In this document: one piece after another, positions 50,202 through 62,057 of the stretch
Layout of the letters: every line of letters starts with the position of its first letter
Numbering within the stretch: position 1 is the first letter of the stretch
Origin: Mustelus asterias
Taxonomy: Eukaryota
Assembly (NCBI RefSeq): GCF_964213995.1
Contig: NW_027590123.1
Coordinates: 992,001 to 1,056,000 of the forward strand
Direction: 5' to 3'
Length of the DNA: 64,000 nt
Notes under the pieces: generated by a model
Told to the model about the DNA's origin: nothing
Seen by the model: the letters and a program-made list of their open reading frames with translations, nothing else
Database searches by the model: none
Program-made: the position numbers and the translations under genes

Positions 50202-51765
50202 CTTCTGATTATTCCTGGTTTGAACTTTGTGTCCACAGAGCGAATTGAATCAAATCCACCCAAACACTCGGGCGGTTGCACATTTCCGTTCATTCACCAA
50301 AGCATCACGGAACCTGCAGTCAGAAATGGAACAGAGACGGAGCCAGGTTGTGTTTTCAGTATGTTGTCTCTCCTTCGGCCTCTGTCACGCTGGGTGCGTG
50401 TATGTGTCTGGGTTTCTCTGTGTGCGTCAATGTGCTTTAGCTCCCCCTTGGAAATGAACAGCTTTTTACCGTCACAAAATTATCCACAATAGTTCAAAAG
50501 TTTAATCATGAAATGTTTCAGAGAAAAGATCAGAGTGAAAGATGTAAGAGGAGTTTGTAATGTTTGGAAGGAGGTGCAGCAAATAAATAGAAGATGGGAA
50601 TGATGTTACTGCTGACTGAGAGGAATGCAATGTAACGGTGGGGATTTTATTGATCGGTTAACTGTAAACGTTGGATTCAGAACAAGCTGAGGCACCAGAT
50701 GGAAACAGCGTTTGGCTTCACGTATGTTAAGAAAGGGTGCAAGCATCGCTACAGCAGGAGGACGGTTAGCTTAGTCGCAGCATATCAGATGTAATTTCAG
50801 AATCGTTGGTTGCAGCCCCACGTTAGACTCCATCGTGTTTAATCTTTGCTGCTTTCCTGGGTGACTCCAGCTCTCCATCCCTCCGGCAGCGTCACCAATC
50901 AAACTGAACCTTTCTCCATCCCGCTTTGTTGATCTCAGTGAAGGAATGAAAATTGCAATCAATAAAGGTGAAAGAGTTTAATGTTCATTCGGTGAGAAGT
51001 TTTCTTCTTCGCCTGGGAATTTGTATCCAGAAATGCGTGATATTTTTGTCAGTATAAACGGGTCAATCTGGCCCATTAGCACCCAGACGTTACGTTGTAT
51101 CACGATCTCTATCGGCAGAACCTTACAATCTATCACTGTCCTTCACTATCTGTGTTTGTCCTTTACCTGTTGCACATGTGACATTTCCAGCTCGCAAGCC
51201 AACTACAAATCTCACTCCACTGATTCTGACAGAGCTGCTTTCGATCAGGAAGTACTTCAAGTTTTTTTAAAATCAAAACCATTAAATCTTAGTACATCGA
51301 AGCCAGTCTGCGACCCTGAAAACGCCGACCCCTCACCACTCGATGACCAGGATCCCACCTGCCCGATTCTCCCAGATACTGATTACAGCAATGTGCACAG
51401 TGCCAATTATCCACAGTCACACTCTGCTTCCTGTCTGTTAAGGTTAGAAATTGTTCACATTTTCACACTGGCTTCCAATGCGACGAAAATAGAGGGTGAA
51501 CAGCTGATGCTGTTCAGTAGATTTACCACAATAGAGTTTCTAACAGGTCGATGCTAACATTGCTGTTTGAATGTGGTGAGCTGCAGTGAAATTCAATGCA
51601 GTTGAAGGTAGAGTACTCATTATTTTCGGAGGAAACAGCAGGGCAATGTCAGTATGAATTGCTGTGGGTAATTGACGGGATTGTGGAATGGGAATGATTT
51701 TTCTCCCTGCTGTTCAGACTGGCACAGGTATTGCATGATTATTTGCAGGCGGATATTGTGCGTTG

Positions 51766-51837
51766 GGTTCCGTGGTGTAATGGTGAGCACTCTGGACTCT
51801 GAATCCAGCGATCTGAGTTCAAATCTCGGCGGAACCT
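51766..51837 (+). tRNA. tRNA-Gln-CTG: tRNA-Gln(CTG), structurally intact
   Basis: Canonical sequence with a compensatory G7:C66 pair and one G-U pair in the T stem. Confidence 0.88.
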
Positions 51838-52087
51838 TGGTCAACGCTGATGGTTGATTTGCCGAAGGGCGTTTCGTTCAATTTTTTCACAACGTACGAA
51901 TCGAGAGGGCAATTTGTCAGCCAGTTCAACTGCTATTACAATGCGCATTGCTGAGCCTCTGGCGCCAGATGCCTGGCGCATCAATGTCTTTTCATATTTT
52001 ATCTTCTCTTTAATTCCTCTGTTGAAAGAAAGGAGCAGCTGGTGCCACACAGCAACAGCCCTTCGAATGGAGTCCAGCAATTATTGA

Positions 52088-52091
<4 letters not shown>

Positions 52092-52128
<37 letters not shown>

Positions 52129-52156
52129 CGCGTGCGCGTGAGAGAGAGAGAGAGAG
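52092..52156 (+). repeat. Compound (GT)n(GC)n(GA)n microsatellite
   Basis: Visible. Confidence 0.95.
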
Positions 52157-55100
52157 CGAGTGTAGGTACGTGTGTGTGTTTTGGGAGACAAGTCTAGTGT
52201 CTTCGGTCACTGTGCTGTCGATTCCATGGTGTAACGGATCGCACTCTGGCCTCTCGCTTCCGAACTCTTTAAATTGGGACAGATGAGTGAGTGAATGACA
52301 CGACACATGAAGATGGACCCCCCCCCCCCCCGCCTTTCTACAGTGGCTTCCCTGCCTCTCAGCGCATTGTATTCCTGAGCAATCATCCTCTGGGGCTGAT
52401 GCAATGACGCCAGGAGAGGCATTCGCTGCAGCGTCTGCAATTTGAATGCCGTGGAATTTGCTGAGATTTCGTCAGTGTTGAGATTTACACTTTCTGACAA
52501 TTTAAAATAAAATGCCCTTCTGCAAACCCGTCATCGGCTTTAGCAAAACAAATCAAGGTTTTGCCACGATACGAACTCGAATTGCTGGATTCAGATTCCA
52601 GAGCGCTCACCGGTACACCACAGATCTCAGAACGCGCCCATTGCCGGCAAATGATCACTCGAACAATTTGATCTCTTTCATTCGATGTGACAGCAACAGC
52701 AAGTATGATAACAATGTGTCGTTATAGGCCACCGTTGATATCAGAAAAGCTCAGAAGGCAGAGTGCCCCAAATCTCAAATTATTTCATCGCAAGACCTAT
52801 CGGGAGATATCTCCAGAAATAGCCATGTTTCGCAGGTCATTTGCAAGTCATTGCGGTGCTCTGTGTTCCGTGGTGTAATGGTGAGCTCGCTGAACTTTCA
52901 ATGCTGCGATCTGAGTTCAAATCTCGGTGGAGCCTTGCTCTCCTTTACCAATGCTGATAATTGATTTTCTCCATGACATTTATTCTCCATTTGTCACCAT
53001 GTACGAATCGAGAGGGCACTTTGTCAATACACATTGCTGAGACTCTGGCGCCAGATGCTTGTAGCATCAGTGTTTTTCTTTTATCATCTTTCGCTACTCT
53101 TTGACGTTCTGTCGAATCAGAGGAGCAGTTGGTGTCAAACAAAAACCCGACTGGAGCCTGGCAATTATTGAGCAAGAGTGTGTTTGTGTGAGATTTGGGT
53201 GAAAGATCTCCCGCATTAAAACAGCGCCCAGTTGGTTCCATGGTGTAACGGTGAGCACTCTGGACTTTGAATCCAGCATTCCGAGCTCGAATCTCAATGA
53301 AACCACTATTCTCAACGCCCGAACTCCTGCTTAACTTGGGGCAGATGACTCAGTGAATTATATCGGTAGAATAACTGTGGTTAGCACTACTGCCTCCCAG
53401 TAACAGGGCCCGTGTTCAGTTCTGGCTTCGGGTGACTGTGTGCAGTTTGCACATTCTCCCCGTGTCTGTATGTGCGGAAGAAAACCGAGCACACGTCCTA
53501 TAAGACAAAAATGTGCGGATTAGGTTGATTGGTCATGTTACGTTACCCTTAGAGTCAGGGGATTAACTGGGTAAATATGCGGGATTACAGGGATGGAGAC
53601 TGGGTGCGTTTGCTGCTGGTGCCGGATGAGCCAAATTGCTTCCTTCTACACGATAAGGGTTCTATGATTCTGCCTCCGAACTCTTCATTTTCTTGAGCAA
53701 TCGTCCTCTGTGACTGAAGCCATGAAGCTAGGAAATCATTTCCTGCATCGTCTGCAATGTGGATGCGGTGGAATTTGCTGAAATTTCTTCAGAGTTTAAA
53801 ATTTCACTTTCTGCCAATTTTAAATAAAATACCCTTCAGCAAACCAATCATCGCCTTTAGCAAAGAAAAGCAAGGCTCCACCGAGATCTGATTTCAGATT
53901 ACTGGATTCAGAGTTCAGAATGCTCACCGTTACACCACACAACCGGGAACATGGGCGCCACTTGCAAATCGTCACCAACCGCATTTGGTTCTGTGGTGAA
54001 ACTGTGGGCACTCTAGAGTCTGAATCCAGAGATCTGAGTTCGAATCTCCTTGGAACATTGTTTTTCTTTGCCAATTCTGATGATTGATTTGCTAGATGAT
54101 ATTTGATTTGATTTTGATTTAATTTATTATTGTCACGTGTATTAGTATACAGTGAAAAGTATTGTTTCTTGCGCATTATACAGACAAAGCATAACGTTCA
54201 TAGGGAAAGAAATGAGAGAGTGCAGAATGTAATGTCACAGTCATAGCTAGGGTGTAGAGAAAGGTCAACTTAATAGAAGGTAGGTACATTCAAAAGTCTG
54301 ATGGGAGCAGGACAGAAACTCTTCCTGAGTCAGCTGGTACGTGACCTCAGACTTTTGTATCTTTTTTCCCAACGGAAGTAGGTGAAAGAGAGAATGTCCA
54401 GGGTGCGTGGGGTGCTTAATTATGTTGGCTGCTTTGCCGAGGCAACCGAGGTTTAACTTTCTCACAAAGTATGAATCGAGAGGACAATTTGAAAGCCAGT
54501 TCAACTTCAATGACAATGCACATTGCAGAGAAAATGTGTGTGTGTGTTTGTGTGTGTGTGACTAAGAGAAAGATCTGGGAAAATGGCCTGCTGCCTTAAA
54601 CCAGTGGCCTGTCGGTTCTATGGTGAACTGGTTAGCTTTCTGGTTTGTGAATCAAGCAAACTGAGTTCGAATTTCCGTGGAGCCACTATTCTTTTCGTTC
54701 TAAGTCTTGTTTAAATTGGGAGAAAGGACTCAGTAAATGATACCGGTTGGGGAACCCCTGCACTCTGTGGCATTTCCGGCACGGTGGCACAATGCTACCT
54801 CACAGTGTTAGGCACCGGGTTTCAATTCTGGCTTCGGGTGACATTCTGCAGTTTGCACATTCTCCCCGTGTCTGCGTGTGTGGAAGGAAGCTGAGCATCC
54901 GGCGCAGAATCCAAAGGTGTGTGGGTAGGTTGATTGGCCATGCTACTTTGCCCGTAGTGTCAGGGGGACTAAGAGGGTAAGTGTATGGGGATAGGGCCAG
55001 GGTGTGATTGTTATCGGCGCAGGCTCGATGGGCCGAATGGCTTCCTTCTGCACTGCAGGGATTTTATGATTCTGCCTCCGGGCTCTATTCTTTCTTGAAC

Positions 55101-56148
55101 AATCGCCCTCGAGGGCTGAAGCAATAACACCAGGAGAATCATTCGCTGCATCGTCTGCAATGTGATTGCGGTGGAATTTGCTGAAATTTCCTCAGAGTCT
55201 AAAATTCACTTTCTGAGAATTTCAAATAAAATGTCCTTCAGCAAACCAATCACCGGCTTTAGCAAATAGAAGGAACGTTTCACCGAGATCTGAACTCGTA
55301 TTACTGAATTCAGAGTCCAGAGTGCTCACCATCACACCACTTAACCAGGAACAGAGCCGCCAGATGCAAATGGTCACTCAAAGTATGTGACCTCCTTCAT
55401 TCAATGTGGGAGGAACAACAAGTGGATCAATTGCTTTGAGCGACCATTTGAAGCCGACTGATCTGTTGTCGGTTTTCTGGTCTAACTGTGAGCACTCTGG
55501 ATCCAGCGAACCAGGTTTAAGTTTAGTTGGATCCTTGCTCTTCTTTCCCATTGCTGAGGATTAGTTTGTGAAACGACCTTTTATTTAAATTTCTCATGAA
55601 GTAGGAATCTGGAGGACAGTTTGTCAGCCAGTTTAACTTCTCTTACATTGCACATTGCTGAGCCTCTGGGGACAGATGCCTGCAACAACAATGTTTTGTT
55701 TCCATCTTTTCGCGACATACACAATTGTTTCCTTTTCTTCATGTTGAGCTCCTGTTTTCTCTTTTTGGTGTCTGTTACAGTTGTACATATATTGGGCAGC
55801 TCAGAGCACACGTGCTCTGTTCTCAATATGAAAATCAATTGTTATGTTCCCTTCTGTGAACTTTAAAAAAACGTTTCTGTAAAATGTTCTCTGAATTTTT
55901 AAAGTAAATCTTGAATAAAAAATGAATAAATCATCACTTTGCCAAACTCCTTTCCCCATCAGGCAAAATGGATATCCATCCTTGTGTCCAATCTGCGCTT
56001 CAAACCAAATCTCTCAGAGTAAAATATAATTCTCTTCCCCACTGCACGAGGCACGCTTTCCAAGTATAAGGATCTCCCACACCACAACACAGTCCTGTGC
56101 AATCTCTCAGGGAGAAGTGGAACATTGAGGCTCATAATTCGAACAAAT

Positions 56149-56162
56149 GCCACCAGAGGGCG
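56149..56162 (+). promoter_or_regulatory. CTCF-like motif
   Basis: GCCACCAGAGGGCG matches the CTCF core consensus CCASYAGRKGGCR. Confidence 0.55.
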
Positions 56163-57336
56163 TTTCAGCATTACTCGAGTTTCAGCATTGGGATATTGAC
56201 TCGCTCTCAGTGAATATATGCCAGATACATACTTTCATACCTAACATAAATGGACATTAATGATTGCAACCCAGTTCAATGCAACCAAAATTAGCTACTT
56301 GAATAGGCATCTACGGAACTATGGCCAAAAGTTCCTCAGCAACAGCACTGGTCGGCAGCTCAGTCTCGATATTGACATTCTCAATTAAACATTCGCCTTT
56401 AAAGCATTTTCAACATTGAGAGCAGAACGGTAGAATACACTGGAGTGTTTTACCTACAGTGACGTGTGATGCGACAATGACCATGCTCCAATGTCGGCTG
56501 CAGGTTCCAACAGTCAATGCTTTTCCATTTTTTCAAATCTACTTGCCTGAATATCATAGAAACATCGGATCCCTACAGTGCAGAAGGAGGCAATTTGGCC
56601 CATTGAACCTACACCGACTCCCTGACACCAATCCTACTCAGGCCCTATCCCCGGAAGCCCATATATTCAGCCCGCTAATCCCCCTAACCGACACACACAT
56701 CTTGGGACACTAAGGGGCATGTGAGCTCGGCCAATCCACCTAACCTGCATAGCTTTGGAGTTTGGGATGAAACAGCAGCACCGGGAGGAACTTTCTATTA
56801 CTGGAAAAGCTAGATGTGCTACGCATCCTCTTTCACCATATTAATAGTCCCGAGAGACCACAGCAGTTTAAGAACCTGCACATCCCCTCTCCTTCTCAAG
56901 GGTAATTAGGAATGGAGTTGAAATCTAGACTTCCCAGTAACGCTGACATTACTTCATGTATTAATAATAATTAAAGCCCGTGAGAGGAATTTCACTGCAG
57001 TCATGGTTATCACTACGCTGATAGTGGAGCAAAATCCGTGAAAACAAAGTGACAAACTCATTCAAAAATTATTTACTTTCTTTAGTACAATTAAGGTGAA
57101 GGTGTTCCTTCCCCAACTCCGGTGGATAATACGGGAAGCATTTTCTCTGCAAGAATAGTGACTGTAATGCAGCTCGGGGTGATTCTCTTTGCTATCTGCC
57201 GGCCTCACAGCACCAATGGAAAAGCAAGGAAGTGAGGTGAGTACAGCCTGAGACACGGCAGCAGATTATTGAGGGCGGGGTTTAGAAAGGGTGGCTAAAT
57301 ATCCAACCCTCCCCTTTCACAGAGCGGACAGAGACA

Positions 57337-57791
57337 ATGCGGCTGCTCAGCATCTGGGTTGTGTGGGGAATATTTCTGGCAGGTAAATGTGGATGCGTTC
57401 TTCCATTCCCCAAGCTTGATTGGAATCAAATTTCAACCAGCCACCGGTCTATACTTTTCCTGATTAATTTATTATATTCCAGATCTGAGTCATGGAGATT
57501 CTGTCACTCAGCCGCTGCCCTCAGATGTTAAGGCAGAAGGAGCAGCGCTCATATTCACCTGTAACTATGAAACTACACAGAGAAACTATGCATTACACTG
57601 GTACCGCCAACTCCCAGGAAACCATCCCGAGTTTATAGTGTGGAGAAGTACATACAACAGTGAAGATAAAGCAGATTTTGCCAAAAGCCGTTTCTCTATC
57701 GAGCTTCATACATCGACTAAATTCACCAGTTTAACTGTTTCGGATCTGCAGCTGACTGATGTCGCCGTGTATTACTGCGCTTTACAGCTAT
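57337..57791 (+). CDS. TRAV/TRDV: Intact germline TCR alpha/delta V segment (leader 57337-57382, V exon 57483-57791)
   Basis: Spliced product MRLLSIWVVWGIFLADLSHG-DSVTQPLPSDVKAEGAALIFTCNYETTQRNYALHWYRQLPGNHPEFIVWRSTYNSEDKADFAKSRFSIELHTSTKFTSLTVSDLQLTDVAVYYCALQL. Cys23, Trp41 and Cys104 are present; GT-AG intron. Confidence 0.95.
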
Positions 57792-57830
57792 CACAGTGAT
57801 GGAAAGCTGTCTCACCCCTGCACAAAAACT
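57792..57830 (+). other. 23-RSS
   Basis: CACAGTG-23-ACAAAAACT. Confidence 0.96.
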
Positions 57831-59704
57831 GCCTTTGGATTGTTGGTGCGAGCTCTGTTCTGTTGAGCGTTAAGTAGGAGTGCGGTTGTTGCAGTGCAGC
57901 GGCGCTCACAGGCGCTCAGATACACACCGAGAGGAAACCAAATTAACCCCGGATCAAACTGTCACCCAACAGTTAGCAGGAGAGACTGAGAAAATGAAAT
58001 GCAGAACTGCAGTGGAACAGAGAAACATCACATAATCATAACTGAAGCCACCCGTTATAATCCCCGCCCTCAATGATCCGACGTCCTGTGTGAGCTGGAT
58101 GTCAGTGAAAGGAAACACCTCGATCTGTGCTGCAGCCAATGTCCTGGTGGGAGACAGCGTTCTGCTGTGTGGGTTGGTTTGTTAATGATCATCAGAAAAA
58201 CAATAGTTAAAGGAAAAGGGGAAACAAGATTAGCCTCAGGAGACACCCTGAAGCACAAGCAGCTCATTCTCAATTCTCAGTTACTACTTTGTGGAACAAG
58301 TTGGTTGCAGATACGCTGTTTCTGATCCAGTAACACGCACTGATTAAATATAGCTCTGAACAGACCAGTTGTAAGCTGCTGGAGAGTGAGGGAGGAGATG
58401 ATAAATGGTTGTTTCATAGGCGGGCAGGTGGGGAACGGGTAGTAAAGGAGACAAAAAGCACATTAAAATATCATGAGCGCATTTATGACGTTTAACTTCT
58501 GTATAAAGGCGACTTGTAATCAACTAATGTAATAAGTCCACTGGTGGCCATGTGAACATACAAATTCGGAGCTGGAGTAGGCAACCGTGCCACCTCGAGA
58601 CTGCCCGACATTTGATAAGATCCTGGCGGATTGAATTGTGACATCTCTATTTCCATGTCTCCCCTGTACACTCTGACTCCCTGGTCATTCAATAATCGAC
58701 CTCACCCCGTCCTAATTGTTTTCAATGAACTTGCCACCACTGATTTCTGGGGAAGGGGATATCACAGACCAAATAACATCATGGTGACAAAAAGGCATAA
58801 TCTCATCATTTCTGAGGGGACCTTGAGGAGTTTATTAACATTATCTCCCAAGTTTTTGTCCCTGTCACAAAGGAAACATCCTTTTAGTTTGGAATTAACC
58901 TCTGCACATTCTATACTGACCCAGCGATGATAACGGAAAAACCGTATAATTCCAGGAATGAATGATACGGATTTTTTCTGTTTTATTCAAATAGGTTATG
59001 TATTTTTAAAATATCTTTAACACTATGCTATATTACTCTGCACACAACTGGCCTTGACAGGCCGGAAGGAGATTTATTGGAATGGTATTTGTGATCAGGG
59101 AGCTCTCCAAATTTGGTCAGCTCAAACAGTGTAAAACTGATAGCAATTCCGCACCACTCGAGGTCACTGGGGGACGAGACACCAAAACTTTCTCCAAAAC
59201 AAACCATTTTAAAATTAATTTGACCGAGTGTGGGATTCGTTGCTGAGTCCACAATTTATTGTATTCCCTAATTGCTTTTCAAATGGTGGTGATGATGTTG
59301 GGGCTGCCCTCTTCCAGGCCAGCTGATATCAAGAAAACCAAACTCAGCTGTGAGTTCAAACTGCAGTTTCACTATCTTGCGATTAAACTATTACAATATC
59401 ACCATCTGGTGGTGACTTGCACTTACGGCAGGCGCTGGCCTCTGTGAGTCTCGGGGAAGTTCAGGCACTGGATGGCTGGAACTGGCATCCGGTTGATGAA
59501 GTGCCAATATGGAATAAGATTGTTCATTCCCTTTTGCAAACTTTCATTCCTAAATTGGAATGGAAGTTTGCAACATGTGCTCGGGTGGTGCATTCGCCTA
59601 TTTGTCACCAGGCACTGTATAAGAATTTTGTGACCCATTCCCCATGGGAGATATTGTCTGGAGTTGCAGTTCGGGATTATTGTGTACATTAATATTTAAA
59701 ATAA

Positions 59705-59897
59705 ATATTATTGAAGATATATGGCACGGGAGATACGTTTCAAGATCTACCGGACAGATGTTCTTGCTGTTTTGCGCAAAGGAAATAAAACTGTTCTTTT
59801 TGATGTTGCCGGGATGCTTCTCTCTGACACCGCCGTGTATCACTGTGCCACGGAGCCCACACTGCTGCAGAGATAGAGCGGATCCCAGACAATAACC
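59705..59897 (+). pseudogene. 5'-truncated TCR V relic with RSS
   Basis: ..KIYGTGDTFQDLPDR/(frameshift)LAVLRKGNKTVLFDVAGMLLSDTAVYHCATE, then CACACTG (59858)-24-ACAATAACC (59889-59897). Confidence 0.75.
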
Positions 59898-59923
59898 CCA
59901 CACATGGGAGTTCCAGTTAGGTA

Positions 59924-59937
59924 CCACTAGATGGCGG
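59924..59937 (+). promoter_or_regulatory. CTCF-like motif just 3' of an RSS
   Basis: CCACTAGATGGCGG. Confidence 0.5.
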
Positions 59938-60712
59938 TCTTACGCTGGTAAACATAATCAATAATTCACTCTCCATGTAAGTCACAGGGAACTTCCCAAG
60001 AGGTCAGAAAAAAAACACAATCTCAACAAGAGGTGAGCAACATTTGAGGAGTTATATTAGTTTATTTTAACTTGCATTTGTGCTATCGCCGATCTTCTTA
60101 AATCTATTCCATTTAGCTCAGTTGTTGCCCTTGGATGCAGTTTCCGTGTCTCTAATATTGAACAACTCAATCCCCCTCTCCCCTGACAGGTTTCTGAAGT
60201 CTATTACCGCGGCCTGGTCACTGGGTTTATTTGATCCGAGAGATGTACAGCTTCCGAGAAAGTGTATACACAATGAAGAAATTTCACAATGAAGTGACTG
60301 TGATCTTTTAAATAGACATTGAGCACAGAATTTCCCCAATGACCAGTGAACTTCAGAATGTTTCCTCAATGATGCTTGTTACTATAAAGCAACCAAGAAT
60401 TTGCAGCTGCCAATTAACAGAGCAGGGTTTCATCCCCGCAACCCCATCCGGAAAAGTGCACCCGTTCCCCTATCGAGATGCTGAAATCAGCTCGGCTCGA
60501 GGGATTTCCTTTCGATATCAGCCAGCTCATAACTGAGAGATCTCACAGACTCAGAGAGACACAATGATTGAAGTGGCAGGATACTGGACACACTTGGGCT
60601 GATCACAGGTTAATGAGCAATCTTGCATAACTGACAGTCACATTATGGCTGCATCTGCCCGCGATTCTGAGCAACCCGCAGCAGACAGGGTTTTCAACCT
60701 ATAGTTAAAGAC

Positions 60713-60751
60713 AGTTTTTGTGCAGCAGTCAGACTGCTTTCCATCACTGTG
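60713..60751 (-). other. 23-RSS
   Basis: CACAGTG-23-ACAAAAACT. Confidence 0.95.
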
Positions 60752-61209
60752 AGTTTCAGCGAGAGCGCAGTAGTACAAGGCAGTGTCAGTCAGCTGCAGA
60801 CCCGAGATGGTCAAACTGGTGAATTTACTCGATGCCTGAAGTTCTCCAGAGAAGCGGCTTTCAGCAAAATCTGCTACATCTTCACCAAACAATGAGTTCT
60901 TCCCCACTGTAACACAGGGTGTTGCCGGTACCAGTGTAAATTGTAGTTGCTCATTGTAGTATCAAAGGTACAGTTTAAAGTCACCGTTTCTCCTTCTGTC
61001 TGTTATTCTGAGGACAGCGACTGAGTAACAGAATCTCCATGACCCAGATCTGAAAAACATGTTCGAACGAAAACAGATCAGAACAACTGAATACGTAAAA
61101 TTCAGTTCAAAAACAAATTTGTAAAATTAAAGTAGATATGAAATGCGTTTGGTCCATAATTACCTGTCAGGAATGTTCCCCGCACAATCCAGAAGCTGAG
61201 TAGCAGCAT
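60752..61209 (-). pseudogene. TRAV/TRDV: TCR alpha/delta V pseudogene, same family as 57337 (leader 61209-61164, V exon 61049-60752)
   Basis: MLLLSFWIVRGTFLTDLGHG-DSVTQSLSSE* (TAA 61005-61003). Frameshift after WYRQHP, then ADFAESRFS..ALYYCALAET. Confidence 0.92.
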
Positions 61210-61732
61210 CGTTGTTGTCTGCTCTGTAAAAGTGGAGTTGGATATTTGAAGACACCCTTTCCAAACTTCACCCTGTATATTTTGCTGTCGTGTCTCGGAA
61301 TGCTCTCACTGCATTTCCCTGTATCCGCTGTGGTGCTGTGGGGTTGGTAGCTGGTGAGCTGTCTGCCAGTGAATGGATTCACCCCGTGCTAGCTTCAGTC
61401 AGAGTTCCGATCGGACGAAATAGTTTCCTAGTTAGACACGTGGGAAGAGATTTGTAACCGGAAACATGGGGTCACTGATGGGGTTTATTTATTCCGGCTT
61501 CAATTCTTCATCTCCGATTCCAGTAGAATCGATGTCAGTGAGTGTGGGCGGATAAAACCCGAGTCTCAGCTTCTTTGATCAGTTCGACAGATAGGCGCCT
61601 CAGTTGGATACGAAGCAGGCGTTTGACTCCTTGTAAATTCTTCCGAATATTAAACCCAGGTCCTGGTTCTCATCTGAACTCCCTGGACAACTGCTTCAGC
61701 AGAAATTTCATATGATCTGAAAAAAGCTTCGA

Positions 61733-62057
61733 ATTTACAGACTCTCTTTGCTGAGTTTCGCTCTGACATGCACTGGGGTGACTGGAGCAGATGAGGTGAT
61801 GCAGCTTCCTCGGTGGAAATGTTGTGAGTGAAGGGGGATCCGTATCCATGAACTGCACCACGACCACTACATTTAGCAACGCATATTGGTACAGACAGTC
61901 CCCGAATCAGCCACCCCAGTATCTGGTGATGGCCAGAACAGAAACCGATTAACGCGAGAGGATCACTGCCTCAATCGGCGGAGGCAGCAAATTCAGCGCC
62001 CTGACTGTGAGAGACGCCAAAGTTACAGACACTGCCACCTATCTCTGCGCCGTGAGC
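61733..62057 (+). pseudogene. TRAV: TCR alpha-like V pseudogene with the leader fused to V (no intron)
   Basis: (ATT)YRLSLLSFALTCTGVTGA-DEVMQLPRWK/(frameshift)VVSEGGSVSMNCTTTTTFSNAYWYRQSPNQPPQYLVMARTETD*RERIT..DTATYLCAVS; TAA at 61950-61952. Confidence 0.85.

Larger units (their letters stand above)
51766..55700. repeat. Tandem array (~1.1-1.5 kb unit) of tRNA-Gln copies, three per unit (+,+,-)
   Basis: Gln-like copies at 51766(+), 52220(+, half), 52556(-), 52864(+), 53234(+), 53873(-), 53987(+), 54614(+), 55275(-) and 55472(+), with shared flanks. Confidence 0.85.

Noticed and set aside
59417-59692. Overlapping 88-91 aa ORFs upstream of the V relic
   Set aside because: No recognisable motif or splice structure, and no V framework residues.
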